A stretch of DNA of 64,000 bases, taken from positions 67,334,001 through 67,398,000 of the forward strand of contig NC_087437.1 in assembly GCF_036321535.1 (NCBI RefSeq), in the 5' to 3' direction. The notes beneath the pieces are model-generated. The model did not search any database. It was not told the origin of the DNA and worked only from the letters and a program-made list of their open reading frames with translations. Origin of the DNA: Camelus dromedarius. Lineage: Eukaryota. How positions within the stretch are numbered: the first letter of the stretch is position 1; each line of letters opens with the position of its first letter. Both the position numbers and the translations under genes were made by a program. Of the stretch, positions 37,881 to 51,798 are shown piece by piece.

Positions 37881-39829
37881 CCTTTCCTCTTGGGAATGCC
37901 CCCATGGACCTCAGTGATAAGCTTGACTTGTACTCTGTACAGCACTGGGAAAATGTGACCACCTTGCTTCTTGTCACGTCCGACTGTGGCCGTAGTACAC
38001 ATTGGGGATGGCTGTCCATCGTGCAGTGGCTGTCTCCTGATGCTTGTATGAAAAATCACCAGTTCATTCATCACTCATCAATCACTTTCCTCAGTGACTC
38101 ATCTTCTGAAAGTTTCATCTCTCAGTCCCCCTTTCTGAGGCTGGTAAATAGCATGTCATTCCAGCAAAAGGCGGAGGGGGCGGCAAGCCCATCTGGACCC
38201 TCAAGTTTGATTTCATATTTATGAAACAGCTTAAATGTCAGTTTGAGTGAAAAATGACACCTTCTCCAGCTTCTCACATTAGTGCCTGTGACTGCCGCTG
38301 AGTGTTTCCTTCTTCTTCTTCTTCTTCTTCTTTTTTTTTAAATGCAGCTCATGGCTTCCCTGCTTGGTTCCTCTAAGGCAGGAATGGAAAAGGGATGGAT
38401 GAATGGATGGATGAAACTACAATTAGGAATCCCCACCAGAGAGGAAAAAGACAGAAGTTGGAGAAAACAAAACAAAGACCAAATAAAAAAAATATTCTGG
38501 TTTTGTAGGGAGTGTTGATCAGTGGTGAAGATCTTGAGATATTCCTGTGTTATTTGCCCTCTTTGTTTTAGGTTGAAAAATGTAAAATAAAAAATTGGAA
38601 AATAAGGATTTAGAAAAAGAAATCGTCTAGAGTTCTACCACACTAACATCTATAGTGATCACTTGGAAATATTTCTTCTAACTCATATTTTTTTAATGGA
38701 CATGCAGTTTTCTACATTTCAAAACAAAATGTGCATATGAGGGACCTGGGAACTCACAATTTTGGACTTTAGGAAAATCTTAGCTTGGGCCCAAGGAAGG
38801 CCGGGGAAAAGGCTACCAAGGTCATGAGTGAACGTGCTCAACTTCATTTCTATCCGTCCTCCTGGGAGTTTAGGATAGTGTCATTAATGAGAGCGTCTCC
38901 TCTTGCTAGAAGGCTGGGGAATTTGTGCAGCATTGAAAAATGACCTTGTGACATGCTTGCAGATTTGTTTGTCCGAGTGCAAATCTGGACCTCCTTCTAC
39001 CTGGGGCCTTTGTGTTCCCTGGAAACACTGACAGAATGGGAACAGGAGAGGGCTTGGCGCTGCTGGAGCCTCACAGGTTCTAAGTGACTTACAGGTTCAG
39101 GGTGACAGAACTGCTTTTCTTTAGCCAAACTGGGTGGGAAGCCTCAAATACAAGCATCTTGAGAAATAGAAAAGGGGTTCGGTGAAAGGTGTTACGAACT
39201 TTCTAGCGGAAGGCAGAAGACAGCAGCAAAGCTAAGGAGGAGCTGGGGAACAGAGGAGGCAGTATGTCTGGCAGGAGGGTGATATGGAGTACAGGAGGGG
39301 CTCCTCCAGCAGTGGTCAGAGCACTCCAGAGGGTGGCTGCTGGCAGTGCCAGACAAGAAATATTAGCTCCGAGAGGTAGTGGGAAACCTCTTCCTGCAAC
39401 ACTGCCCGGTTGGCACTTAGAGGTCCCCGCAGACTTGCTAACTCTGTTGTACAAGACGCAGCCATGGTGGATATAGTGCCCAAGGCATGAGCAGATCCAG
39501 GGAGAGACACTGGATCACAGACAGTTGGCAGGACAGTGGTTGACTTTGGACTTCAGTTTGCTTTGTTCAGAGCAGAGGTGTTTGACGGGGGAGGAAAGTG
39601 AGCCGCTTCACCGTGTTGGTGACATGGAACTTTGTCTTCCCTAGAAGGAGGTCACCGTTGTCCTGCTGGGATGGGGTAACTGGGAAGGAAGGAAACGTCA
39701 CCTCAGTCCACAGGTGGGTAGTAAGATCCTTCAATACTGGAACCTTTAAAACTTAATATGCACCTTTTTATTAGAGTTTGAATATATTTCAAATGAATGA
39801 AAGCAACTAACTGTGGGGGAAAAAATAAT

Positions 39830-40180
39830 GCTTTTCTTTATAATCTCTCCTCGTCCTTCCAGATTTTCTTGTACCCTTTTACTTAGATTATAATTTATTT
39901 AAGCACTGCTTTAAAAAAAATGAAAATTATATTTAAATATTTGCCCATTGCTACCTAGTCTTAGTCATTAATTTTAATGATTATAACTAAAAAACCCCTT
40001 TATTTTATGAGTGTGCCTTTTTATTTAATTATTTCTCAATTGTAGGTCACTTGGGTTACTTCTAATTTTGGCTATTGCAAATTATACTTCAGTGAATGTC
40101 TCATAGAGTATCCCTCCAAATTTTGGATTTGAGGGGACTATAGTCTCAGAAATGGAATACTGCGTTAAAGAGTATAATCA
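39830..40180 (-). mobile_element. Ancient L1ME-like fragment
   Basis: TTGTAGGTCACTTGGGTTACTTCTAATTTTGGCTATTGCAAAT...CAGTGAATG...AGAAATGGAATACTG. Confidence 0.55.
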
Positions 40181-40779
40181 GTTTTGGCCTCTTGATATAT
40201 ATGAGGGGCCCCAAAGCCTCATAAGACTAATGTTATCCTGAAGATCTTTGTATAAAAGTGTCAGAGAAGATAAACACAAGAAAGATAATGAGAATCCAGC
40301 TTCAGAGTTCTGACAGGTTTCTTTCTTAATTAAATAATGGTGGGGGCCCACAATTTCTACTTGCATGTGAACCCAGGAAGACAATTAGCTCTTGGATATT
40401 TCACGATGGTGAGGAAGGAAAAAGAACATCATTAAAGCCAGGATGTCTTCTAGGGCAAGGCCTGGGCAAAAGGAGAGAAAGAGAAAGAGAAAGAGAATGT
40501 GCCCCTGGCTTACAAGGCCAGAGCAAAAGCCTAAAGCAGAGAGAAGCAGTACTGATGCGAGAGAGAAAGCCATAGACTTTTCCCTGCTTGGTACCCAGAG
40601 GGTGCGGGTGAGGCAGCGTGATGAAGGGAGAACCCAGCTGAAGTCAAGTCCTTGCAGGGCACAGTCGATAAAAAGGAAATCAGTTCACCCGGCGTCAGAC
40701 TCTCTGCAATATTTCAGAGGCTTGGATATTCTGACTGATTTTTTAAGGATATGAATGGGCAACTTACTTGGAGTATCAT

Positions 40780-41270
40780 TATCTTTTTTTATGATTATAA
40801 AAATAACATCCATTCTGCAGAATGTTTAGAAGGCATAGAAAAATATAAGGAAGGAAATAGAAATTTCATAATTCTCATCCCGGGAATAAGTGCTGTTAGG
40901 ATATGTATTTATCTCCTTTTTCATTCATGTGCATGTGTGCTCCCACATGCAGGCGCGCGCGCACACACACACGCACACACACACACACAAATGGAATCAC
41001 TCTGCACGGAGAGTTCTGTAGGCTGTTATATCATATAGATATGCTAGAATCTATTTAAACTTCTTGTATTATTGGCATTTAAGTTATTTAAAAATTCTAT
41101 TATATCTAACAACAAGATGAACATGCCTTAACATTAATTTTTTTAATGTTTTTGGACTTTTTTTTCAGACCACGTTTCTTGACTTGAAATTATGGGGTCA
41201 AAGAATAAAGGCAATTTTGAAGGTCTGTCACATTTAGACCAACAGTTGTATGAACACACAGATCTTCTTA
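40780..41270 (-). mobile_element. Ancient L1ME-like fragment with embedded (GC)n(CA)n
   Basis: TATTGGCATTTAAGTTATTT...GAAATTATGGGGTCAAAGAATA; alternating purine-pyrimidine run at 40953-40988. Confidence 0.5.
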
Positions 41271-42367
41271 CCCCCTTGCTAGCAAAGGGCTTTGTTTTGA
41301 TTTTAAATCTTTGACAGGAACTTCCTTCGAAGGCAGTGGATACCAGTACCCTCCCCTCTCTTCACCCCTCTACCTTACCCAGTGTTAGAAAGAAGACAGC
41401 TGTAGCAGGAGTATGTGCTGGAATAGGATGGTTAAGAAATTCAGAAGAGTTTAGTTTCCGCAATATTTTAAATTATTGTCAAGTGACAACAAAGAAAAGG
41501 AGCTATCAGGTCCTATTAATCTTGTTATGAGAACGAGAAAGACGAGAGAGAGAGACCGAGAATCAACTTTGATCTAAGAAAGAATGCAGCCTCAAATCCA
41601 ATTTGGAACTTGGTGAAATATAAACCACAAAAACAATTAGTAAGTCATCATCATTGTATTTTACATAAAGTCAGAATCCGCCGGCTAACTAGCATTTTTT
41701 GTTAGGAGGTCCACATATTTGGAAAATTCAGCCATCACAATTTTGAGTATCTGTGTGATTATATTTAGGTCTATAACACTATTCAGAGTTTTATACATTT
41801 CGTTTTCATTTATACTTTTTGTTTTCAAATTAGTATCAAAGGAATGATTTTTTCTGGAATTGGCTAACTTTTTTTATCTATTGGTGGTAGATGATTTTGT
41901 TTATAGAATCTTGTTTGAAAAACAGTTCTTAGGACTTTGATGTAACACACCCACCCACAGACAGGCACTTTCTAAAAGCAGCTGACCAAGCATGGTGGAA
42001 CTAGGATTACTAATGTTGGGTCCCTTCCCACTTGCCTTGATTGACTTCGATCACTTTGGTTTCATCCCTAGACTTTGATGGCAATTTTCATTTTGTATTC
42101 ATACACTCTAATCTTATAACCAAGTATCTCTTTGGGCCACCACATGGCTCTCTGTTTTCAGGCTAAATTTACCTTCAGAAAGCTTCTGGCTCCTTGCTGC
42201 TGCCTTAAGGCCAGAGTAGTAAGCCGTTGAGGAGTAAGATGCCAAGTGGCTGATTACCGTTCTCTCTGTCCTGTGGTGAAGGCATGGAGTAGGGACAGTG
42301 CAGAGAGTCTTCCCAGCCTGTTGAAACATAGCTCTTACATTCTACTAATGACAGATTCATTTAAGTT

Positions 42368-42715
42368 AGTGCTTCTCAATCTTGTTCGGTTGGCAAAACA
42401 CCTATAGAGGAAGTCATATTCTGAGGAGAACTCCATGAAATATTGAGATACTTAATGCCATTTACAAACTAAGAGCATTTAACCAGCAGAAAATATGACT
42501 GTATTATATGCTGCAATATGAAATCACTCCCATAATCACATCTGCCAAGGAATTAAAGATAATTCTAATTTTTTTTCTGGGAACATTAATGTAGTACTTA
42601 ATAATTTGTCTTATTATTTGCTTGGACTCTCTAACAGCAAAACTGTAGCAATCATGAAAAATTTAAGAAAATCTTTGGTTTTCTAATGGGCTAACATTTT
42701 AAATTGAGAAAACTG
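42368..42715. mobile_element. Possible hAT-Charlie-type MITE
   Basis: Terminal inverted motifs TAGTGCTTCTCAA and TTGAGAAAACTG; no clear TSD. Confidence 0.4.
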
Positions 42716-43154
42716 AAGTCACTGAAATGTCTTTTCTCTGTGAATTCAGATATAAACAGCTACCATTATTTGATTTTAGAAACAGAACACCTCAGACAAG
42801 CATGGCTTTGAGGACTACTAATTTGTTCTGTTAGCCTCTCCTTTTAAAATGCAAACATTCCCTTAGAGGTTAAGCTGGGCTCTAGTATTATCTTCATTTA
42901 ATCAGATAATCACCTAATGTCTAGCCAACATCAGCTACTCTGTTTTTTTTTGTTGTTGTTGTTGTTGTTTTGTTTTTTGTTTTTTGGGTTTTTTTGCTTT
43001 GCCTTAGTCTACAATTGTGGTTTTCCAACTTATAAATTTTAGCTGTGGTTTCCTTAGTTTCAACTAGATAATTGCTTTTACAATCTTTTGGGCTTATAAC
43101 CTCAGGGTCATCTCGGAGTCTTCTCCTCTCCTTTACATTTATTTATTTGATTTG

Positions 43155-43903
43155 ATTATTTCATGGTTTATGACAAACCATTCTAACACTTGTTAGCTTA
43201 AAAAAAAAAAAAAACCCAGCAGTTATTTTACTCAGAAACCTGAAGTTTGGGCAGGACTTTGATGGGGAAGTCAGTATCTGCTCCACGCGGAGCCACCTGG
43301 CGCAGCTGGACTGATGTCTGGATGCTGGCTCCGGATGTGGTTCACTCACGGGGTGGTGGAGTTGGTGCAGGCTGTGGGCTGGGAGCAGGGCTGTGCTGGC
43401 ACCAGCTTGGGTTGATGTACAAAGCCAGTGGTGTGCATCCATGTCTCAAATCCATTTTTAGTGGGATCATGTTTGCCATGTGGTCTCAGCCATAGAGTGA
43501 GTATTTACAATCATGGCAATTGGAAATACTGCAAGTCAGAGTTCCCACTCACCTCCAGAGGTTCAGCATTTAACAGGTTATCACCAGCTGGGATCTCAGC
43601 TAAGGAAGAGGCCCAGAGGGGAAATCCTCTCCCTCTGGGCCTTTTCGTGTGTCCTGGGCTTTTTCACAGCGTGGTGACTGGGTTCCAAGGACAAGCATCT
43701 GAGAGAGAAGGGGGAGGGTGAGCATTAGGGGGAAGCTGCATCACCTTCTGTGGCCTGGCCTCAGGGCTCAGATAGCTTCACTTCTGCTGCTTCAAGGGGA
43801 GGGGACATAGACTCCACTTCTTGATGGGAGAATGGCCAATTAGGGATGAGCACGTGGAACCAGAAATACTGTTGTAACCCTTTTTGGGAAATGCAGCTAC
43901 CAC
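43155..43903 (-). mobile_element. MLT1H-like MaLR LTR interrupted by a MITE
   Basis: TTTGGGCAGG...TCTGCTCCACG, CACAGCGTGGTGACTGGGTTCCAAG, CAAGGGGAGGGGACATAGACTCCACTTCTTGATGGGAGAA, ends TACCACA. Confidence 0.85.
43386..43586 (+). mobile_element. MER63-like hAT MITE nested in MLT1H
   Basis: Similar to 16636-16850; 8-bp TSD GCTGGGAG (43378-43385) and GCTGGGAT (43587-43594). Confidence 0.7.
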
Positions 43904-44339
43904 ACTATTGCATCCTTTTGTCAGGCATGAATCCTTTTGTTCCACATGCCTTGGAAATTATAAGGATAATTTGTATAAGTGAAGACAGGGTATGAGATCA
44001 TATAAGTTGGGATAAACTGTATGACCAAAGCAGAGGAGATGGCAAGGGACAAAATGACCAGCCAGTAAGGGAAAGGCTTGCCCTGTTTGGAATAGTAAGT
44101 TGGCCTTTGTAAGTACAGAACTCCAAAGTTAGGTAGCTAGATTACAGCAAAATTCTAGGTCACCTCTGTACCAATGTGTTATTTAAATTATCCAAGTCTC
44201 AGTTTCGTCATTTGGAAAAAAAAGAGAAAATAACAGTATTACTAACTTTCTCCCAGAGAGCTTGCTGGTAGCTCAGCTGGGTTAGTGATTTTAACGGTGT
44301 TCAGAACAACTTCTTGCCCTATTGATTTTTGTTGAAGAA

Positions 44340-44905
44340 CCTCCGCTCTCTCATCAAATTCACGTTCTATGTCCTCTAGCTTTCTTGAACCTTCCTGCAA
44401 TCCCACCAACCCCTAATCACTCTTAACAGTTTTTTAGTTTTCTCTTATGCAGTTGGTATATCTTTCAATTTAGTGTAGTTATTTATGCACATGTCCTATT
44501 TTCCTTTGTGGCCTGTGAGCTCCTTGAGGACCTTTGCGTTGCTCACAGAACCTATAAAAAGCCCAGCATAATGTCTTACCTCCAGTCAGGGCTCCTTAAA
44601 TATTTGATTGAAGGATAAACAAAGACTAATTTGCCAGGACAGCAAATAGCATCATAATGAAACAACTGAGATGCGACAGAAATTTTTGTTTCTATATTTC
44701 CAGCATAGGTGATAACATAACTGAACTCCCCTGGAATAAGTATCTTAGCTCTGCATAAACATGAGCTTTGTCCCAACACATTTCATCAGATGGCCACCAG
44801 GGAGTGGAACTCTGCTGAAGACAGCAGCTGTGCCTCTCTCTAGTCTTGGTACTGCGTCTCCCTGTTACAGCCAAGGGAATACTGAATGAACGAATGAATG
44901 AATCA
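44340..44905 (+). mobile_element. L2 LINE fragments
   Basis: CTGTGAGCTCCTTGAGG...AGCCCAGCATAATGTCT...AAATATTTGATTGAA and a second end with a TGAATGAACGAATGAATGAA tail. Confidence 0.55.
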
Positions 44906-46435
44906 ATGTTGATTCTGGTGTGGCTCTAATGGAAAAATACCCCTTCTGGCGTGGCTCGCTGACCCTATCCTGTGGCCTCACCTTCCTTCATCTCATTCCC
45001 CTTCACCGAAGTAAAGAGGAACCGGAACTCAAATGTGGAAGATCCCGCAGGGTTTACAAACCTAGTCAGGGGGCCAACCACACTTCCATATTCTGACCTC
45101 TACGGATCAGAAAGTTTGGCTTATGGGGACAGTGCCATTAAACCCAAAGCAGTCTCAGTTCAGTTCCCCAGTGCCCAGGTGGTCTTCCTTGATGGAAGCT
45201 CAGACTCCTCTCAGGTGTCTAACTCAAGCAGCTTTCCCAGCAAGCTTTCCTCCCCACAGACTCAGGCCTGGCTTTTGTCCGGGGCAATCTGGATAACAAT
45301 GCGACAGGCAGTGTCAGGAAACTTAAAAATCTCAGTTCTACATTGTCTATAATAAAGTGTAAATCCAGTCAAGGTTGCAGCGGAGTGATAAAAATAGCAG
45401 GGTTATTATGCTCATCTCTAATGCTTTTAATGTAACAATAGACTATTCCATTGTCATTAAATGAAGGGAAAGTAGGAGGATCTAATTCTATCTCTAGGTT
45501 GCTTAATAAGTACTTCATTGTCAGTAAAATCATTTACATTGTTCAATCTCCAAATAAAAGAAAAGGATGTACAGTGGCATGTGCATTCGACAAGGAACCG
45601 GGAACTGCGAGGGGACTTTAGACCCCGGTGCCCAGCTTAAGTGCACATAGGAAGGAGGTCGGCGATGAGCTGCTATTTGTCCCAAAATGAAGTGCTTCTC
45701 TGTGGTGGGATCAGGGGTGTAGTGTTTTGGGGAGATGAAACTGACCAGTGCTTCACTTTATCCACCTCCTCACACTCCCATGAACCTGCGATTCTGTGGC
45801 CGGATTTGGAGATAAGATTTTCTACTGTATGGGCTTGTTTGTCAGGATGAATGAAGACGCTGTGTTAGCGAGGCTGCATTAACTTGGGTGACCTGTAGGC
45901 GGAGCTTTCGCTCTAGATTGACTGGCCCACAGGTTCAAGGCGAGAGCGGCTCACCTGGCTGACGTCTGCTCCGGCCAAGTCGGAGCGCAGTCCTGTAAAA
46001 TCTCTGCAATGGGGAGGCTTAATCAAAGAGCCCTGGCTCCGATCTCCTCGGGACAAATCCACCAACCTTCAGTATTTGCTAATCAGCCGTTAATGTTCCA
46101 TTGATAGGCAGGGCCAAAGCAGACTGGCAGGAATGGCTTCATGGATTGACATTGCTGCTCAAGTTTACAGCCTGAAAAAAAAAGTTTATTTCTCTTTCTT
46201 GCTTCATTGCTTCACTATTCCTTTTTCCTCCTTGAATTCCTTAGAGATTTCAAGCTTAGAGAGTTAAAAAAAAATTGTCAGAGATCATGCTTTTGTTGAA
46301 AGGGAGTAATCACTTGAGTCATGGAAGCTTAATTTTTTATTTCTAACAGATAAAGATTACATATACACACATATGCACGTGTACTATAGTGATTGAAAAT
46401 ATTAATTCCAATATTAATTATATGTATTAGAATTA

Positions 46436-46660
46436 TGCACTGTTCAGTAGGGTAACTGCTAACTATCTGTAACTATTTAAAATTAAATATTAAAATTGAA
46501 ATGAAATTAAATTGAAATTAAAAACTAAAAATTTGCTTCCTCGTTGGCATTAGCCACAATTTAAATGCTCAGTAACTACATATCTCTGGTGGCTGCTGCA
46601 GTGGAAAGTGCATATATAGAATATTTTCATCATTACAGAAAGTTTTATTGGACAGCACTG
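46436..46660 (-). mobile_element. MER3-like hAT-Charlie MITE
   Basis: TAGCCACA...GCTCAGTA...TATAGAATATTTTCATCATTACAGAAAGTTTTATTGGACAGCACTG. Confidence 0.85.
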
Positions 46661-48474
46661 GGGTAGACAAAAAGAAAGAGAATGAGGAGAAAAATGAATA
46701 TGAAGGGGCAAGAACTAGACAATAGGGTAGATGATCTAAGAGAGAAACAGTGAGAGAGAGAATTACATAGAGTCAGACTCACAGAGAGAGAAAGCCACAG
46801 ATAGAATGGTGTGGCTAGAGGTAGTACATGGACACAGAGTAGAAGAGAGAATTTCAGAAAGGCATTCTAAATTTTATAGAGACCTAAACTTCATTGGATA
46901 AAGGTTTTGAAAGTTATATTGCATTTTTGCAACTCGAAGCAAAAGTAAGTCTGGGTGATATTACCTCTTGGTGCTTTTCATGTTGTCCAGAAGAAAATAA
47001 ATTGAGAGTTTCTCTGGGCTTTTGGCCCACAGATCATCTATACTTAATCTATGCAGTGCCAACCCAGTCTGTTGGAGAGTTTAAAGAAAAAGTCTTTCAG
47101 ATAGTTATTTTTTGTATATAAGATAACTTGATTAGTTTGATTTATTTGCATTGAATCAAATTATTTTGGTGCCATGTAAGTACATTTGAAGGGTCATGGG
47201 GCTAGAAATGACTAAGCGGATAGATTTGAATGTTAACTATATTGGACCAGTAATTATCTACCTTATAAAGCTATGCTTTATAATAACTCTAATTAATCAA
47301 TTGCCCTGTTAAGAGTTCTTTTTTTAGCTAACCACTCGTTCTTTTGCCATGATATACATCTGTTGCCTTTTGATCTCTTGCTTGGTGTCTACCGAGACAA
47401 AGGGAGTTGTTTTTGTGTTGTAGTCCATGTAATGCTTCTTTGAACTCTGAAGGACCCAGTGGGGAATCACAACATTGGAGGCTGGGGCTTTCTTCCAGCC
47501 CTTAGCTTTTCTTATAATCTTTGCTGTACTCATTGGGGTGATATGACAGGTGAAGCTATTAGGCTGGACCTTCTAACACTTAAGTCCAGTCTGCAGTTTG
47601 ATAGCACCAGGAATTTTATCCTATTTAGCTTTATCCTGGCACAATTAGGCACCAAATAATTGGTTCATGATAGTACTTTTCCATCCCTATTCTGATATGT
47701 AAGTTAGGATGCAGGTTTATTAACTTGCAGCTGGAGAAAAACATGGCCTGAGATTGTGAGTTCACTCAGAAAAACACATGACAGTTCAGAAGGTTTCTTG
47801 GTGAATATAGAATCAGAGCTGATGTCCTCAAGGGATGGTCCTGTCAAGCCTTGGTAGCTTGATGAATTGTCTCTTGCATCCCAAGAAATGTTTCTGTCTG
47901 AAGAGCCAGCACATTTCCAATCTGGGCGCCCTCATGCCAAGCAGAAAGAGAGAGAGGCAAATCCCCTCCTCACCTCCCCTCTCTGCTGACCACTGTCACC
48001 TGCCTTTGTTGCTGCCTGAGTCCTTCCCTTTCTCATTTAGCATCCTTTTGTACCAGTTTACACTCAACAAGTTTACAGATTACTTTTAATTAATTACAGT
48101 TTAGGTTGGCTACCTCCTCATGATATTTAGGGAAGCATTATAAACTCATTTGCTAGGACATCTCCAAATCAACTTGTGGAATAAATTTCTTCTGAGGCAG
48201 TGGTTTTTTTTTTTTTTTTGACAGCTTTTATTCATTCAGAATTTATTAATTCCTCTTCTTCCTAGGCATCAAAAGAAGCTCTTAGAATCTAGAGATGAAT
48301 ACAATTTTTCTGATTTTGCAGAGCTCACAGGCAGATTTATAAGCAAAATTCCACTGACAGAAGTTCTATGGTGAGATGGGTACAGATGGTTTTGGGAGCA
48401 GGAAGGAGGAACTGGTTGAGTGTTTTGAAGAACACATGCTTGTAAACTTCATTTGTTTGGGGATTAATAACATG

Positions 48475-48737
48475 AATGATGATACTAATAGTGATATTTA
48501 CTATCATTTCTTGAGTACCTGCCATAGGCTTGATACTATCTCTGGCACTGTATAAATGTTACCTAATTTAGTCTTCATAATAACCCCTAGAAGATGATAT
48601 TATATCTAGTTGATGGAGGAGAAAACTAGGACTCAGAGCGAATTGGTATTTGCCCAAGGTCACCCAGCTAGAAAGCTTCAGAGTGGACTAAGTTCCCTAT
48701 TCAGATGTCTAGGCCCATGTTAACTTCACCACATCAC
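48475..48737 (-). mobile_element. MIR SINE
   Basis: GAGAAAACTAGGACTCAGAG...TTGCCCAAGGTCACCCAGCTAG. Confidence 0.85.
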
Positions 48738-50909
48738 TTGCCACCCACCAGCCTCTAGTCCTCCAGCTGTGAACTCTACCAACCGGAATTACAGGATAAG
48801 GGATGTGTATTTCTGCTGGAGGACCCCTTCATCCTGTCAGGTGGAATGAGTAGATCATCTAAATAGATTTACTACAGCTGGAAACCCTCTATGCCTTCTG
48901 TGCCCCTGTCGGGGGAGGCAGACATGTTAGAATAGTGTTGTGAAAATCAGATGATGACAACTGAAACAAGCATGTTGCAATTATGGAGAACGGCGATTCT
49001 AAGAGACCTGTGAGAGACATGTGATGTGCTTACTGAATTTTGAAAGCATCTGTGGAGTCCTTAGGGAACTGTGTGTTTGTTGGGTAAGTCGAGGCTGTAT
49101 CAGGGACAGAGCTGCCTGCCACTAATGTGTCTCTGCTGGCTGACACCACCATACCCGGGTTCTCTCATCTCAATTAGGATAACTCTGTTTTCTTAATTTT
49201 CTCATCATCTACTGATTTGTTTCTATCTCTGAGACCAAGACAGTGTGATTGGGCTTCCTGTGAAGCAGCAGAGATGGGAGATGCAAGGAGCTTGTAGCTG
49301 AATTTAAGGCACATATCTTGGAAGAAGAGCATTGTGGGTCTGTGAAGGATTTGCTAGAGAATCACTTACTTCCACTGAGCCTCAGTTTCCTCGTTAGGGA
49401 ATATTTGTTGCCTTCTTTATCCCTTCCATACTAATCCTTCATCTCACTTGAACACCCTCTTCCAAGGATGTTTATGTGTTACATTTCCTTTGACTGTCCT
49501 CACAGCATCCTTGAATGGGAGTAGACACATTTCACATGGCAGGAAACTGATTGCCACAGTCACGTCCTCAAGCTCACACAACTAGTTAATGACAGCACTG
49601 CAGCGAGTGTCCAGGGTTCTTTACCATATCCTTTGATTGTTGTTCCCTTAGATTGTGAAACTGGGAAAAGGGCTGAAGACTCAAATGACAGCCAACCTAC
49701 TTAACAATTAATCATGGCAGACTGATTGCTTAGCTAAGAACTGAGACTTTGGATTTGTGATCAGTCTTTAAGTGGACGTAGGATGTAGGACTTCCTTAAG
49801 TCATTAAATATAGGATATTAACTTTTAAACGAGGTTGTAGTTTTAACATTAAATAGTAAGAATAACAATTAAAAAAATATAAAGCAGTATTCTTTTCACT
49901 ACTTAATATTTTTACCCTACCTACCTCCACGATGCAGATTCCTATTGAAACATAGGACTCAAGAAAACATTCAGAGATTAAAGAAAGAGGAAATTCACCT
50001 AACCCAGGGCTAAGGAGCCGCCTTTTTTTTTTTTTCTGTGATATCTAATCCAGGACAAATATACATATTTATATGTAATTTTTATTTCAATCAAAATGAA
50101 AATAGATTTATCAGGTCCCTCAGGGGAAATTTAGATTACTTACATTATTAAATATGACAATGTCAATGAACTGAATGGCACTGAGTTTTAGCCATTAAAA
50201 TGTTAATTTGGGGACTATCTAAGTTCATCCTGAAATTGACTAAAGGTGGGAACTTGAACCCAGATGGACTGCCTGTGACTGAGGGATGGGGGTCGCTCAT
50301 TATTGATTTAGATAAAACGTGAGAGGTAGAACCTTCTGACGCAGCGGAGACTAAGATGGTGACTCTCAAGGGACCCTGAGTCTGGGTAAAAGTTTCTTTT
50401 GTTTCCAAATGCAAGAGAAGAAGTTTGTGCATTATTTCGTTTTCATTTTCTGACAAGAGAAAGTATATGCATTCACTTGAAGAGACCTTTTTATTATTCT
50501 GAAATCAAACCTAAGCAGACATTTGTGGAATGAGAATTTATTTAAAGAACTCTGAGTAACACAGTGGACAGTATCTTCCATGACAGCCCTATAAAAGACC
50601 CTAAAAGCCTTCTTAAACAGACAGTTCTTATTTCAACTTTCTATAGAGGCAGAAGGCATAACATGAAATCCTAACGTAGTAAAGACTTTTTTTTCCTTTT
50701 TTTTTTTCTTTTTGAGCAGGCGATGAGAATGAGCTAAGCCAGTACAGAGTTACTATGCTTGTTGATAACTTATCTTAAGCTTCTTTGGAACTAGAGAACC
50801 TAGATTGGGGTCAAAAACTCCTGTGTCTCTGGGGGTGTGATGAGTAATACTGGTGAGTGAGTTAGGCAGGGCAGGGCAGTGGCAGGCAGGAGAGCATGCA
50901 GCTCAGTGA

Positions 50910-51075
50910 CAGGGCAGCAAGTTCTCAACTTCTGCTGATGGGTGCCACAAGAGAATGTGGGCTGGTCTCAACAGATCTGATCTTTCAAGAAAAGTAACAG
51001 ATCCAGATTATACATGAAATCCCCCTATTTTTAAAATATTGGCAACTAATTCACATTTTTAAAAAAATGCCCAGT
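50910..51075. mobile_element. MER103-like hAT fragment
   Basis: ATCCAGATTATACATGAAATCCCCCTATTTTTAAAATATTGGCAACTAATTCA. Confidence 0.55.
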
Positions 51076-51134
51076 GTGACATGTGCAAAATTCCATGTAT
51101 TTATTATGCCTATGTATGTATTTATGTACGTATG

Positions 51135-51360
51135 GTTATTTATTGCAGTATTATTTGTGCTGCCAAGTTTGGAAACAGCCTGAAGTTCATTAATAAGGGA
51201 CCAGTGAAATAAATCATAACACATCCATTCAATGGAATATGATACTGGTGTTTAAAAAAAAATAAAAGTCTTTACATTCTGATATGGAAGTATGAAAGAC
51301 ATGGTTAATCAGAAAAATCAAGGTGCAGAGGTGTACATGCTTCATTCTTTGAAAAAAAGA
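51135..51360 (+). mobile_element. Old L1M 3' fragment
   Basis: TTTATTGCAGTATTATTTGT...TTGGAAACAGCCTGAA...CATCCATTCAATGGAATAT. Confidence 0.7.
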
Positions 51361-51368
51361 GGGAGAAG

Positions 51369-51372
<4 letters not shown>

Positions 51373-51417
<45 letters not shown>
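51373..51417. repeat. (GT)n microsatellite at an LTR boundary
   Basis: Directly visible. Confidence 0.95.
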
Positions 51418-51419
<2 letters not shown>

Positions 51420-51798
51420 GGCTGCCACAATAGGCTTCCACAGGCTGGGTGGCTTAAAAAATGGAAATTTATTTTTTTCACAGCTCTGGAGGCTAAAAGT
51501 CCATGATCAAGGTGCCAGCAAATTCGGTTTTTGGTGAGAATTCTCTTCCTCACCCATAAATAGCTGCCTCTCACTGTGTCCTCGCGTGGCCTTTCCCCTG
51601 ATGCTCATGCCGAGATAAAGAGGTCTCTGGTGTTTCTTTCTCTTCTTAGAAGGACATCAATTCTTTTGGATTAGGATCCCGGCCGTCTGCCTCATTTAAC
51701 CTTCATTCCTTCCCTAAAGGGCCCATCTCCAAATAATATCACACTGGGGGTTAGGCTCCAACATGTGAATTTTAGGGAGACACAATTCAGTCCATTGT
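51418..51798 (-). mobile_element. MLT1B-like MaLR LTR
   Basis: AGGGCTGCC...CCACAGGCTGGGTGGCTTAAA...AAATTTATT...CTGGAGGCT; end GAATTTTAGGGAGACACAATTCAGTCCAT. Confidence 0.88.

Noticed and set aside
37760..38224. Overlapping 66-106 aa ORFs next to the LTR as ERV or host coding sequence
   Set aside because: No gag, pol or env motifs, no primer-binding site and no recognisable protein
47324..47533. 69-aa minus-strand ORF with protein-like composition
   Set aside because: No recognisable homology and weak splice signals
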